Positions 41,373 through 60,400 of a DNA stretch of 64,000 bases are shown here, one piece after another. Position 1 is the stretch's first letter. The number at the start of each line of letters is the position of its first letter. The position numbers were made by a program, and so were the translations under genes. Below the pieces are notes generated by a model. The model saw nothing but the letters and a program-made list of their open reading frames with translations, was not told the DNA's origin and searched no databases. The stretch is taken from assembly GCF_009914755.1 (NCBI RefSeq), contig NC_060926.1, one strand, 5' to 3'. This stretch comes from the human T2T-CHM13v2.0 reference genome, Homo sapiens.

Positions 41373-42579
41373 TATTTTGAGCATTTGTATTAAAGAAACA
41401 GATGAGAGAATACAATACAAACTTGGGTTTCGTATCATCTCAATTCACAGATTACTTAGTTTTAAGTGTGTTTTATAGAAGAATGTTATTGTATGTACAT
41501 TATCTTAATGCCACAGCTATCCTCCAAAGATTTTAGACTTAAATCTCATTTTCGTTTTGCTACTTCTCTAGTAAAAATGTGTGCTGCTCTATATCTTTCT
41601 GTTATTCCCAGGATATATACTATTACAGATGTACTTTTAGTTCCTCATCACTTGAAAATTTGATATTTGAAATTTCTTCTAAGGGACTCTAAATGGTAAA
41701 AATATAACACATATTTCAGTCCTAAAACAGTTACGTAGACTGCTTCATGATATAAAATGCTACTACTAAATTTAGTGAAGAGATAATGAATTCAAAAGAT
41801 TGTCATGGCAAAGAAAATGTAATAATATTTGGTGATTGACTAAAATTGGAAGCACCTTAGAGAGAAAAGACAAAGACACACTAAAGTTGACATCAGACAA
41901 ATCTGGATGTTATTCTCAGCATTTTGCAAGTTCTGTTCCTCTACAGAGTGGAATAGGAAAAAAAAAACATAGAATAAAATGCATGGAAGGGTGACCACAG
42001 CCTGTTGATTCTTAATAGCCTTGGAGAGGATAATTCATGAAGAAATGTGGACAGCAAATTTTGAAAGTGCTTTTAGATATAAAAATAAGAAAACCAAGAA
42101 GGATAGGTGATCTATACATACTTAAAGCAATCAATACTTTTTTTTTACACAAAATTAAAATGTTTGATTTTAGACAGTGTAGTGGCACATTAGGGAGGCG
42201 ATGTTAACTGAACAATAAAAGCTTGTAGTGTACAGTTAGAGTAGACGTCCTCTTATCTGATAGCATCGTGACTATATAGTTTATAAGGTAATAGTAAAAG
42301 ATCCTTAAAGCGAATTACAAAAAGACGCATATCTACTTAAACTATTTTATTTTAACTGAAAGCTTATACAGATGTATTTACCTGTGAAACTTTTCTTCTA
42401 AATTAAGGCTTTTCTTTGAGCATGATTCTGCTGATTGCAGTTCTACAAAGACTTTCTTATGTGACAAATACCCATTACAGATAATCTCATTATTTCCTCA
42501 AAGGGTAGGAGAACTTAGGGACACCTATACTGTGATCTAAGTTCAAATTTCTTCTATGTTTTAATAATTTCCTCTCAAC

Positions 42580-42894
<315 letters not shown>

Positions 42895-45217
42895 CTCTCA
42901 ACCTTTTATAGCTGTTTTGCACATATATAACGTGGCAGTAGGGAGTAAATACCTGACTAAATTGTGATTTGATTAGAAAGAAGGAATGAGGATATATGCT
43001 TGTTTGGCAGCCAACTGTTTTTAGTACAGTAAGCATATGAAAGAATTAGTTGAAGACAACTGCTTGAATATAAATTGGGCAAAGTCTAGTACCTATGAGT
43101 GTGCAGATAGCTATGGGCACCAGTAGGTGTGGTTGACACTTCGATGGAGAGAATCAGTCTGGTGAGTGGTGAGCTGGTTAAGTGGAACTCTGTTTTGAGA
43201 ACATCTATTCTAATTGTGCTTTAAAAGTGTTGCAAAAAGCTCACATAAAATTCGAGGGGAAAGGATTTGCAGAGCCGGTTAGATTTCAGCAAACTTTTAA
43301 GGACAAGATAGTAGAGAGATTTATGATAAGAAGGCGAGTATTTGCTTTATGGGCTTGAGAAATTATTAATTCCTGGCATTTGTATCATAGACTGAGAGAT
43401 GACGGGAGAGACATTTCCAGAATTGATTTCAGAACATGAGAGAGCATTTCTGTGACCACTGGGTCATCCAGTTGTGTGGCTATTCTTGGGTGGTCTTTTC
43501 CTTGGTGACCATTCTCATCTCACTTGAGCACAGGCCAGAGACTGATTGTAGATGTGACACTCTTGGATTTTTTAAAACTGTACTCATTGCAAATACACAC
43601 ATGCACATACCTATGTACACACAGAAACATATACACACATATATGTACATATACACACATTTAGTTAAAGATCAAATTATTTGAACAGTTATATCTTTCA
43701 AAATAAATAGATATGTCTTGCAATGTACTTTTTTAAAAAAAGTATAGCTTTGTTATTTTAAAACAATTAGGATCTTATTTTCATGAGTAGTAAATTTTAT
43801 GCCAGAACTCTGGGCAATTCTTATAAATATCTGCCTTCTTTAAAACCTCAGAGTATGTACTTCAGGCTCTGACAAAGGTACACTTTTTGCTAACTAAGTA
43901 TGGTTTTGAAAAATTATCTTCTTTTTTGTTTTCATGACCAGTTTGTAGAGCTAGCTGTGAAGCAGATGGACCCCCTCCTCTCCATGCAGTTACGCAAGAC
44001 CGTTTCCCTAAATCATTAGCAACACACCACTCTCCTAAGCGTTTTGCACTATCTGCCAGTTGCTCCTGCTGTCACAACAGAACACTTCAAATGGTTCTCA
44101 AGATCATTTTTACTTTACTGATTTTCTCAAATCCTCTAACAAGCTTCACTACACCTTAGGTACCCTGTTGCATTTCACAGGAGACTATGAGAGGCAGCTG
44201 TCTCAGAGGACAAGAAACAGGATAGAATGTACCCAGGAAGACAGGGGAACAATTTTTTAAAAAAGAAATAATAACCATGGTCAAGTGCTGAAAGGTTAAG
44301 TAAAGGAGTGATTAAATATGATCATTGGATTGAGAGTTTGAGGGTTATTGTTGCCTGTTGAAAATAGTTTTAGCTGGGTGGTGAATATAAAGTAAGTTGC
44401 TGTGGTTTCACCAGTATGTATGAAATGAGGAAATGTGAATATTGTGTGTGGGCCACTCTTTCAAGAAGGCTAGCTGTGAATGGAAAGAGGCAGGATGAAG
44501 ATAAGATTTCATTTAAGATTAAAAAGATGCAAGTGCATTTATAAAGAAGTCCATAAAGAGGGGTAGAAGTTTAGAAGAGAGGAGAAAATGATGTATTTTG
44601 GTCTTATTCCCTCTTCCTTAAAGTGTTCGTATTCATTCATTCAAATACTTATTAAACAATAACCCCTAATATTTCTTGCATATACTGAATGTGTCACTCT
44701 GTCTGATGTTATGGGAAGAGGACTATAAGGTCTTATTCATGCTCTTTGGAATTTATAGTTTAATGCCATAACACAAAATGTGAATAGGGATCATTCCTGC
44801 TTTGAGCATATTCTTTAGCAGTGTTTAATATGGCCTATTTTTATGGAGAGTCATGATTTAATAGACCTATCTGGATAAATCACAGAGTGGATATTCCTTT
44901 TAACCTCGACACCAAAACCAGAAGTAATTCCTGCCTTACAGGCTGTAGTCCTAAGCAGTGTTTTGTCAGGCTTCTATTAAGATGATATGGCTTAACCCAG
45001 GGTAGGGTTAAATCCATGTAATGATCAGTTGTATTATAATAGGATGTTGGCTTGAGCCCAAAAAGAACTCTCCAAGGCATAGCAGAAATCTCCGGGTTAA
45101 TGAGATCCCCTGATGAGTCAAGTAATGCCTCCAAATGCTTATTACAGTAGTTGTTTAGTGGCTTCTAGACTTAAGTGTAAACAAATTTTTAATGAAGGCT
45201 AATAACAGAGTCTTTAA

Positions 45218-45474
<257 letters not shown>

Positions 45475-45506
45475 TGATAAATCATAGTATAAAAATTGTT
45501 TTACTT

Positions 45507-45801
<295 letters not shown>

Positions 45802-46401
45802 TTACAGCTGATAAAGCACTGCAATAAGCATTATTGCTCTCGATTCACAACATCACTGATCCATAGGCAGAGGAGGTATTGCTATTATTTTATCACAAAT
45901 AAGGAAATTGGGACTCAGAAAAATTAGTAGCAATAGCTGCAGGTTGAGGGCTTTTGCACCAGGCATAGTGTTAAGAAATTTACTCTATGCTGTAGAATTT
46001 ATTATTAACTGGATTTTGTGGTTGAGAAAATTGAAAAGAAGTTAAGTAACTTATTCAAGTGTATGTGACAGGTAAGTGACAGCCATAGCACAAACCCGGG
46101 AAGATGGACCCAACAGCACTCTGAGCTCCTAATCGTAATGCTTTGCTGCCTTTTTAGGGTTTCCACACATGAGTTGTTGTTGCTGTTTTTCCTTCTTCTC
46201 TGGGTCTTCTAATAAAACTTCTAATAAAAATAAACTGTCAGAAACAATGCATTTATTATGTAATATAGTTATCTAAATGTTCTTCAAAAAGTCCAAAAAA
46301 GTCAGTGACTTAACTATATATTAAGTCAGCTTAATATATAGTCATGCTTTTAATTAGCACACGTGTAGTTTCAGCTTCTAGTCAGTGACTATCTCAAAGC
46401 A

Positions 46402-46705
46402 TTTTTTTTTTTTTTTTTTGAGACAGGGTCTTGCTCTGTCACCCAGGCTGGAGTGCTGTAGTGTGATCATGGCTCACTGCAACCTTAACTTCCCAGGCTC
46501 AAGTGATCCTCCCACCTCATACTCTTGAATAATTGGGACTACAGGCACATGCCACCACGCCCAACTAATTTCTTTTTCTATTTTTTGTAGAGATGGCATT
46601 TTGCCATGTTGCCCAGACTATTCTAGAATTCCTGATCTCAAGCAGTCTGCCCACCTGGGACTTTAAAAGCCCTGGGATTCCAGGCATGAGCCACCATGCC
46701 TGGCC
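46402..46705 (-). mobile_element. AluJ
   Basis: Antisense J-type dimer; TSD tcaaagca(tttt). Confidence 0.94.
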
Positions 46706-47554
46706 TCAAAGCATTTTTGTTTGTTTTAATTGAAGAATTAACAGTCATTATCTGCTGAAATGAATTATGGAACTTATTATCAACTGAAGCCAGCTTGTGT
46801 TTATTTTCCTATGAAAATATTCTAGATGTAGTAGATGTCAAAGAAATAAAATTCAGTGCGGAAGTAACTTATTGTGAAACTTTTGAGAAACTCATGAATT
46901 TATAAAGCAATTGAAAAACGTGTTATTCAAAATATTTATTATAATGAGACTTAATTGATATAATAGGAGATATATTAATGTTACATGGCAATTTCTCTGA
47001 TACTATTTTAAAATATATTTAAGAAAAATTCTAAACACATTGTTGAATAATAATCTGCTTTTAATAGATTCAGTGTCAGACCCGGAATATCAGGAAGTTA
47101 TCTGGTCAAACCTGTAACTATTAACTGAAGCACTGGCCTTTTTACTGCCTTTATCAACTAACAGTGGTAACACTGAAATATGTCATCCATCCAGTAATTG
47201 CTGGAGTATCATATGAATCTTGCCTCATGATTTGAATGTAGTATGTTGCTGATATTACTCAGTGTTCCTGTAGATTAAACATATATTTATGAAAACACCA
47301 ATTCCTCTCCCATGAAGATGGGTATAAGGAGGAAGTGTTAGATAAAAGCATAGTCTTGAATTTGTTTTCTAGTTGCATATCTGAAACAAACAAGCAGAAT
47401 ATCACGATACTGAAAGGTGAAAATGAAGAGTTACAGTGTTTTATTTTGAAATAATTATCATTTCATAAGAGTTTCAAAAATACAAGAGAAGTCCCATACA
47501 CTCATCACCCAGCTTCTCCAGTGGTAACATCTTACCTGACTGTAGTACTGTTGA

Positions 47555-47636
47555 GGGACTTGAGCATCTGTGGATTTTGGTATCTGTAGGGGGGCCCTGG
47601 AACCAGTCCCCCTCCGATATCGAAGGATGACCGTAC
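47555..47636 (+). mobile_element. MER2/Tigger terminal fragment
   Basis: gggacttgagcatctgtggattttggtatctg..gggggccctggaaccagtcccc..gatatcgaaggatgaccgta. Confidence 0.75.
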
Positions 47637-47894
47637 TTTATCTTCTATCAGTAAATGATCTAAAGCAATAGTTGCCTAAGTATGAACCGATTTTGCAAAC
47701 ATTGAAAAGTAATACCTTTTTCTCAATAGTAGATGGAAATTATTGAAACCTTCTGACATATCAAAAAATTGAATATTAAAAACTATTTCAAAAAGAAAAC
47801 TCATTCACATTTCATCTTAAAACACAGATTAACCCGGAATGCATTCAAAGTTTTGTTATTTTTTTAAACTTCCACAATCCAAGCAATGTCTCTA

Positions 47895-49460
47895 CAAATG
47901 CATCATTTTAATGTATCATGTTCTGTTTATGCATTCATTGGTTGACAGGCATTTGGGTTGTTTCCACAGTTTGTCTATTTTGAAATATGCTGCTCTGAAC
48001 ATTTGTATACAAGTTTTTTATGGACACAGTTTCTCTTGGGTATGAACCTTGGAGTGGAATTACTGGGTCATATGGTAACTCTATGTTTAATATTTTGAGG
48101 GCCTGTCAAACTGTTTCCCAAAGTGGCTGCAGTATTTTACAATCCTATCAACAATATATGAGGGTTCCAATTTCTTTTCATGCTTGCCAATACTTGTTAA
48201 TGTGTTGTAATTTTAGCCATCCTAGTGGGTGTGTAGTGGCATCTCTTTGTGGCTTTGATTTGCATTTCTCTGATGGCTAATGATATTGGATATCTTTTCA
48301 TGTGCTTATTAATCATCTGTATATCTTCTTTAGAGAAATGTGTACTCAGATATTTTGCTCAGTTTTTAATTGAGTTGTCTTTTTATTGTTGAGTTGTTCT
48401 CTATCAGATGTATGATTTGCAAATATTTTCTGCAATTCTGTGGATTGTCTTCACTTTCTTGATGTGGTCCTGTGAAACAAAACTTTTATATTTTGATGAA
48501 AATATTTGATGATGTATATATTTTATTTTATTGTTTTTCTGTTTGATTTCATATGTGGGAAACTATTGCCTAAATCAAGATCATGAAAATTATGGCTATG
48601 TCTTCTTCTAAGAGTTTTACAGTTGTAGCTGTTTCAGTAAGCTCTATAAACTATTGTCAGTGAAATTTTGTGTATAATATGACATAGGGGGTCCAACTTC
48701 ATTATTTTACATCTGGATCCCCAGTTGTGCCAGCACCATTTGTTTAAAAGACTGTTATTTCCCCAATGATTTGTCTTGGCACCTTTGCAAAAAATCAATT
48801 GGCTATACATATAAGGGTTTATTTCTGGATTTTCAATTCTACTCCATTGATGTATAGGCCTAGATTTATGCCAGGACCACACTGTCTTAATTACTTTAGC
48901 TTTGTAGTACATTTTAAAATTGGGAAGCATATCTTCCAACTTTTTTTAGTATTATTTTGTCCATTCTGGGTTCCTTGTATTTCTATATGAATTTTGGGAT
49001 CAGATTATCAATTTCTTCAAGAAAGGCAGCTGAAATTTTGATAAGGATTGCATTAGATCTGTAGGTTAAGTTGGAAAATATTGCCATTTTAACAATATTA
49101 AGTCTACAGTGTATAAGCCTAGGGTATATTTGCCAGTTCTTCTCTAATTTCTTTCAACAATGTGTTTTTAGTTTTCAGTGAACACATTTCGCACTTTTTT
49201 GTTACATTTATTTTATGTAGTTTCTTCTTCATGTTATTATAAATGGAATGGTTTCCTTAATTTTATTTTCAAATTGTTAACTGCCTGTGTGTAGAAATAT
49301 AACTGATTTTTATATATACATTTTACTGAACTCGTTTATTAGTTGTCATAGGTTTCTTTATTGTTTTTACTGGAATTTCTATATATGGGATCTTGTCATC
49401 TGTGAATAGAGATAGTTATAGTTCCTCCTTTTCAATGTGGATGGCTTTTTTTTTCTTAAC
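47895..49460 (-). mobile_element. Old L1M (L1MB/MC-like) ORF2 3' fragment
   Basis: ORF 48634-48939 gives PNFKMYYKAKVIKTVWSWHK..IENPEINPY, an L1 ORF2 motif; many indels. Confidence 0.9.
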
Positions 49461-50769
49461 TAAATTTGTAGGTTCAAATTTTACAATATAACAAGTTTAA
49501 TTGTAACAAATTTTTGAAAAACATGATTATATTAATTTTGGTATCTGTTCCAATACACATTTTCTGTACACCAGTAGATGAACCTGGAGAGCAAATCATT
49601 CTCATTTTGTAACGTAGATGTCAGCAAATATTTATTGAATGCAACATTATTTCCAGGAATGTGCTAGGCATTGTAGAGTTTAGAAAGAAAATGAGCTTTG
49701 TTTATAAACTTAATTTCATAGAGAAGCCAAGTCTCAACATGCTTGAAATAGCTCCAAGGAAAATATAGTACTGAATACAAATTTGGTGGATATTGGGGAA
49801 ACTAATATGATGTTTCAGACCAATGTAAGTATTAGGACTATGGAAAAGGCAGAAAATGGCCTTATTCTTTTAAAAAATGGTTGGAATTTGACAATTAGCT
49901 CTTAGAAAAATAATTCAGAGGATGGAATATAGTTTGAGTAGGACTTAAAAAAAGAAGACTAATTAGAAGTATTTTTTTTATTAGGCAGATATAAAGTGGA
50001 AAGTTTAATTTTAATGAAAATAGAAAAAAGATGAGGAGAGAACTTTTGAGGGACAAAAAATAAGACTTGATGAAAGAGGATTATGACAGAATTAAGGGAA
50101 GGGAAAGAGAGGTCCTATGACTTGTTCAATGTCCCAAAGCTATGAGTGACAGAAATAGGACTTAAAATAACGCTTCTGACTTCAAACCCTGTGTTTATAC
50201 CATGCTGCATTTCAGGAGTAACTATGAGGGGTAGTAGGCTTTAATACGTCCCCCCAAATTTCAAGTCGCCTACCATTGACCCAACTCATGTTCCTAAGTA
50301 GGAAAAATGTTAAATTTTTCACTGAAGTGCACCTTATAGCACAGTAATGTAAACTCTTGATCCATGCATTCTAGAGGTTATAGCCAAGGATGTTCATGAT
50401 AAGTAGGAAAAAAGAGCTATATTTATATTAAAAATTTACATGAATGTATTCCAATCTATAATATGAAACTTATACATTCATTAGCTTTATGAGACCATGT
50501 TACATCAATTTGAACATCCAAATGTAATCATACTGCAGGAGCAATTACAACTTAGTAGTCATATCATGCTCTTCCTCAATCATTTAATGTGAGAATTCCT
50601 GTACATACTTCTCGTATTAAATTTCTTCATTTATTCAGTAAATATTTGCTTCATATTTACTCCATTCCAAGCCCCACGAGAAGAAATTATGGCTTTGTTA
50701 AATAAAGAAGGCAGCTTGCTTCTTATACTAGCTAAGTTTCTCTTAACTATCCCATTTTTTTTTGTCTGG

Positions 50770-50892
50770 CATGTATCCCTGTTTGCCAGAGAAAATCTGA
50801 GTTTGCACTAGTTGTTCTGGAACCCTGTCAAGTTAGCTCACTTTTCACTTTCAGATGTGAACCAATTTGAATGATAAATTGCATCGTCACCT
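50770..50892 (-). mobile_element. MER94-like (hAT-Blackjack)
   Basis: gtatccctgtttgcc...cttttcactttcag...gatgataaatt-like...gtcacc. Confidence 0.6.
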
Positions 50893-51389
50893 GTAATGGC
50901 TAATTTTATGTGTCAGCTTGACTAGGTCACGGTGTGCCTAGACATTTGGTCAAATGTTATTCTGGATGTTTCTGTGAGGGTGTGAGGATGAGACATTTGA
51001 ATTGAATAAAGCTGATTGCCCTCTCTAATGTGGGTGGGCCTCGTTCAATCAACTGGAGATTTGAATATAACAAAAAGGTTGAGTGAGATGGAATTTCTTC
51101 TGCCTAGCTGCATGAGCTGGAACACTGGTCTTTTCTGGCCTTCAGACTTGGACTGATGTCTTACTGGCTATTCTTGGATCTTGAGCCTATAGGATTTTCA
51201 ACTAGAACTTACTCCATTGGCTTTCCTGATTCTCAGGCCTTTGTACTCAGACTGAAACTACGCCAGGTTGTTGACTGTAGATCTTGGCATTTCTTAGCTT
51301 CCGTCATTGCATGAGCCCATTTGCCCATTCCTTAAAATTTTTCTCTCTCTCTTTTTCTCTTTTGCTCATTCACTTGTTCTTGCTCTCTT

Positions 51390-51451
<62 letters not shown>

Positions 51452-51484
51452 TTCTGTTTCTTGGAGAACCCTGACTAAATAACA
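50892..51484 (+). mobile_element. MLT2 (ERVL) LTR containing (CT)n(CA)n
   Basis: tgtaatggctaattttatgtgtcagcttgactagg...ctctaatgtgggtgggcctc...ggttctgtttcttggagaaccctgactaa. Confidence 0.9.
51391..51449. repeat. (CT)n(CA)n compound microsatellite
   Basis: About 8 CT units followed by about 21 CA units. Confidence 0.97.
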
Positions 51485-52034
51485 GTCATACAGCTTATAA
51501 TACATTTAAACTTATGTGTATGTTTCAGTAAGATTTCAATTTGAATACATATCTTCAGTCTTCAGCCTCACTATTGAGGAACTGAAATAGGAAAATGTTA
51601 AGTATATAAATGCCAAAATTCTAGATTCATTATACATTGAACTTCCAAGAAAATGATGCAAAGTAGAGGTAAAGAAGTTTGCTAATTCATAAAACAAGAT
51701 GACATTGATGAAGCACTTAAACATATTTATATATTTATAATATATTTCTACTTTAAACCATTAAATAAAGTCATTTTCCCTATTGAAGTTGATCGGTAAG
51801 GTTTTGGCAGAAACATGAGCTAAGTTTGTATGCAAAAACTTATGATAAACTATAAACCTGGAAAATTCATGGGATAATAAATAAGTAGGTATACAATGGC
51901 AAAGTAACACATTCTTTGAGTATTTACCATCTGGCAAATGCTTTATGAGGTTCTTTATATGAATTATTTTAGGAAAAGACTTGGTAGGGATAAGGAAAAC
52001 AAATCTGTAGTAGAAAATACTAAATAAAAAATGA

Positions 52035-52190
52035 AAGCTGACATTTACCAAGTGCTCACTACATGCCAGGCACTGTTCTAAATTCTTTATGTGTACTAAC
52101 TCGTTTATCCTCACAACAGGTTATGATGATCTTATTTTAACCTTACGACTGAACAAAATGAGACACAGAGTTGTTAGTTAACTTGCAAGG
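52035..52190 (-). mobile_element. MIR, interrupted by the L1; remainder probably at about 57470-57555
   Basis: gacatttaccaagtgctcactacatgccaggcactgttctaa...tttatcctcacaac...gagacacagag..aacttgcaagg. Confidence 0.8.
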
Positions 52191-57446
<5,256 letters not shown>

Positions 57447-60400
57447 TCTGATAAGTATAAAGGACTAATTTTTCAGGAGACATAATTAGTGAGGTTGGAA
57501 TAAGATTTACACAGTATAAAATTTAAGACTGCCTAATTCTTGCACAGTATTTTATATGAAGAAAATTAAATAAAAATAAGCTTGCTTCACATACAATTCA
57601 GTTTGAAAACACCTGTTGTAATAGTCATTAGTTTAATTAACGTTATTAACATTGGACATCCATTTCTAATGAGTAAATATTAAGTAATTGACACATTAAA
57701 AAATAAGTAATCAGTCTAGCATCTTAAATATGTAGTTGAAATGGACTCAACTATATTCTTTTGGTTTATAGATTCTTTTTATTTTGGGAAAAGAACCAAA
57801 AATTTCTTTTGATTTTCAAAAAATGCTAACATAATTATAATAAGGCAATTATAATGAAGTATTGGAGGTCTTATCAATTATTTTTTTCACAGATAAATTT
57901 AGTGTTTTAAGTTGGATTTGGATAGTAAACATACAACATCTTTAGATACGTGTTTCAAAGTATCTGTAAGCTGATATGCCTCCATTCTGTTCTCATTTCA
58001 TTATTTTTTAACATTAATTTATTCTTTCAAAAGATATTTATTGAGTTATACTTATATGCCATGCATTGTACCAACTTTTGGAGATGTAGTGATGAGCAAA
58101 GAAGATGTAGTCACTGATAATTATTTAGGCTCCAGAGTGATATATGCTATAAGGGCTAAATAAACGGGGCTGTGATTGTATTTTACAGTTCTTAAAATGA
58201 CAGTAAAATAACTGACTTAAGATAACTACCAACAAACTCAAATATCTATCTAACTAAGCCAAACTTTTGGAAAGCTTTTCTCTGCTAGCATGGTATTGAA
58301 TGTATTTCCTGTTATCATATGCTTCATGCTCCTATAACATACAAAATGAAAGCATTTCATTAGATTGTGATCAAGTTAGTCTCATGGGAAAATTTGCCTC
58401 AGTTTATTGTTTTGAATGTAAGGTGGCTTTATAGTTAGTTGTAAATATAAGAGCAAGATGAACTGTATTAAAAATTATATTGATGTACTATTAGTTATTG
58501 CTTTTCTGAGGAGAAGGGAGGTGATAGGCCCCAAATAACTGATTGCTCGTTTTTCCTTAGCATGGTTTTGGAAGGAAAAGACTTTGCTTTTTCATGTGAC
58601 ATTAGTAATATTGTAGGACTTAGAAAACTGAACTCAAGATGAGATGCTGCTTATGCACTGGTTAACTTTAGGAATTGTGCAAAAAGATATATTAGAGCTA
58701 TTACACAGAGAGGAAAGAATCAGTGAGTAAATGAACCAGGAAAGAGACTGGGGACTAGCTAAATGTAGAGGTTTTCAGTGTTTGTTTTGTGATTGTTCTG
58801 TATTTATCAAGCCTTGCTGATTTTTTGTAATGTCAGTTGAACTTCTCCATGCTGCAGAATTTTGTTTTCCCATTGGCAAGATGCTCTGCTGCCTCTTGAT
58901 CTCCAATTCTCTTTGGTTGACATCCTGTAGTTTCCTGCTGGTTTACTTTGATGATTCTACCTACTTCATTCTTAGATTCTCTGGTTATGATCTTATAAAC
59001 AGTGCCACTCATGACTAAAACGAATGCATTCTGGACAAAATAGGCTTTACTTTCTTTCTGAACTGCTAATAATTTTCAAGCCTAAAAATCTTCAATCACA
59101 ACCCAAAAAGTCTATAGCTACCTACTGTAGCTTTCAAAAAATCTCTATTATGCACCATAGGCAACTCAATATTTTCTTCTAACACTAAATTTCAAGCAAT
59201 TAAATTTCCTCCAATGGCTGAAAACTACTAGAAGTATTTCAAGTTTTTTTTTTTTAATCACTTTTTCTGGCATCAAATCTTGGATGCATCAAATCATAGA
59301 AAGCCCTTTGGCAGTAAGAGCTGCTTCCACCTGTGAAATCTTTATTCTGATTTCTTAAGAGGAAGATTGATTTAATTGTCAATGTTGACTAAGTAAGTGG
59401 TGAAGCTTTTGTTTTTGGTTTGGTCATGGTGTGCACAATGTCTGATCCCTGTGTCCTTGAAAGTGCTCTTGTCAGTCAAGACAGCACTGGAGAAGGAGAT
59501 TAAATGGAAACCATTTGGCTGCTGTTTTTGGAAAGATAGCAAGGCATGACATGCTTATGTGAATACAGAGCAATAAAACACAAACTGCCTTTTAGAAATT
59601 TTATTGTGAAGTTTGTATTTCATTTTATTATCTGATTTTAAGAATTGAAAAGTAAATAGCCCAAATAACAGTCTTGATTTTAATATATAATAAATAGTTT
59701 AGTTACCATACAATTGAAGGGTATTATTCAACGTAATCATGAAATATAGTTTCTCTTTTATGGTGGCGTGAACCTGAAAACTTAATTATTTTCCCCAATA
59801 AATTAGCAATTTAAAGCTCTTTGCCTTTCTAAAATGTCACTGCATTGCGTAATATTGCGCAGATGACAAAGATAGCTTGACCATGACGTATTAAATGCTA
59901 AATGTTACGTGCAGCATGTAAAATACGTTCTGCTTTGTAAAATTATTTGATAGAGAGTCGCTGTCATTGTTTTTGTCAATCATTTATTCATCTGTTCTGT
60001 CCCAGGCTTCTTTTTATCTAGTCATTTTCAAGAAACGCTGATGCCTGCTTCTGATCTCTAGTGATTTAAATTAGAGTCTCTGAGCATGAAAAGGTGCTAG
60101 GCCAAGGTCTAGGAAAAGAAATCCTAAGGCAGGAATGACTCTGGCTTGTTTGAGGCACAGCAAGAAGATTTATAGAAGATTTTTGTGAATGGAATGGGTG
60201 GGGCAGGGGAGGCAGGAGAGAAGAGAGAGAGAGAGAGAAACAAGGGCCAGCTTATGTAAGATCTATAGGTCTGTAAGTGTTGGCGGAAACTATGAAATGA
60301 TTTTTATGCGTGGAAATGATGTGATATTATTTGCATAAAAAGATCATTGTGACTTTAACATCATTACAGAAAAAATATGGAGGACACCCTTGGAAATTGC

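Noticed and set aside
58780-58965. Reverse-strand stretch open in several frames (SRKLQDVNQRELEIKRQQ...)
   Set aside because: No recognisable protein or splice boundaries; probably composition-driven or an ancient repeat.
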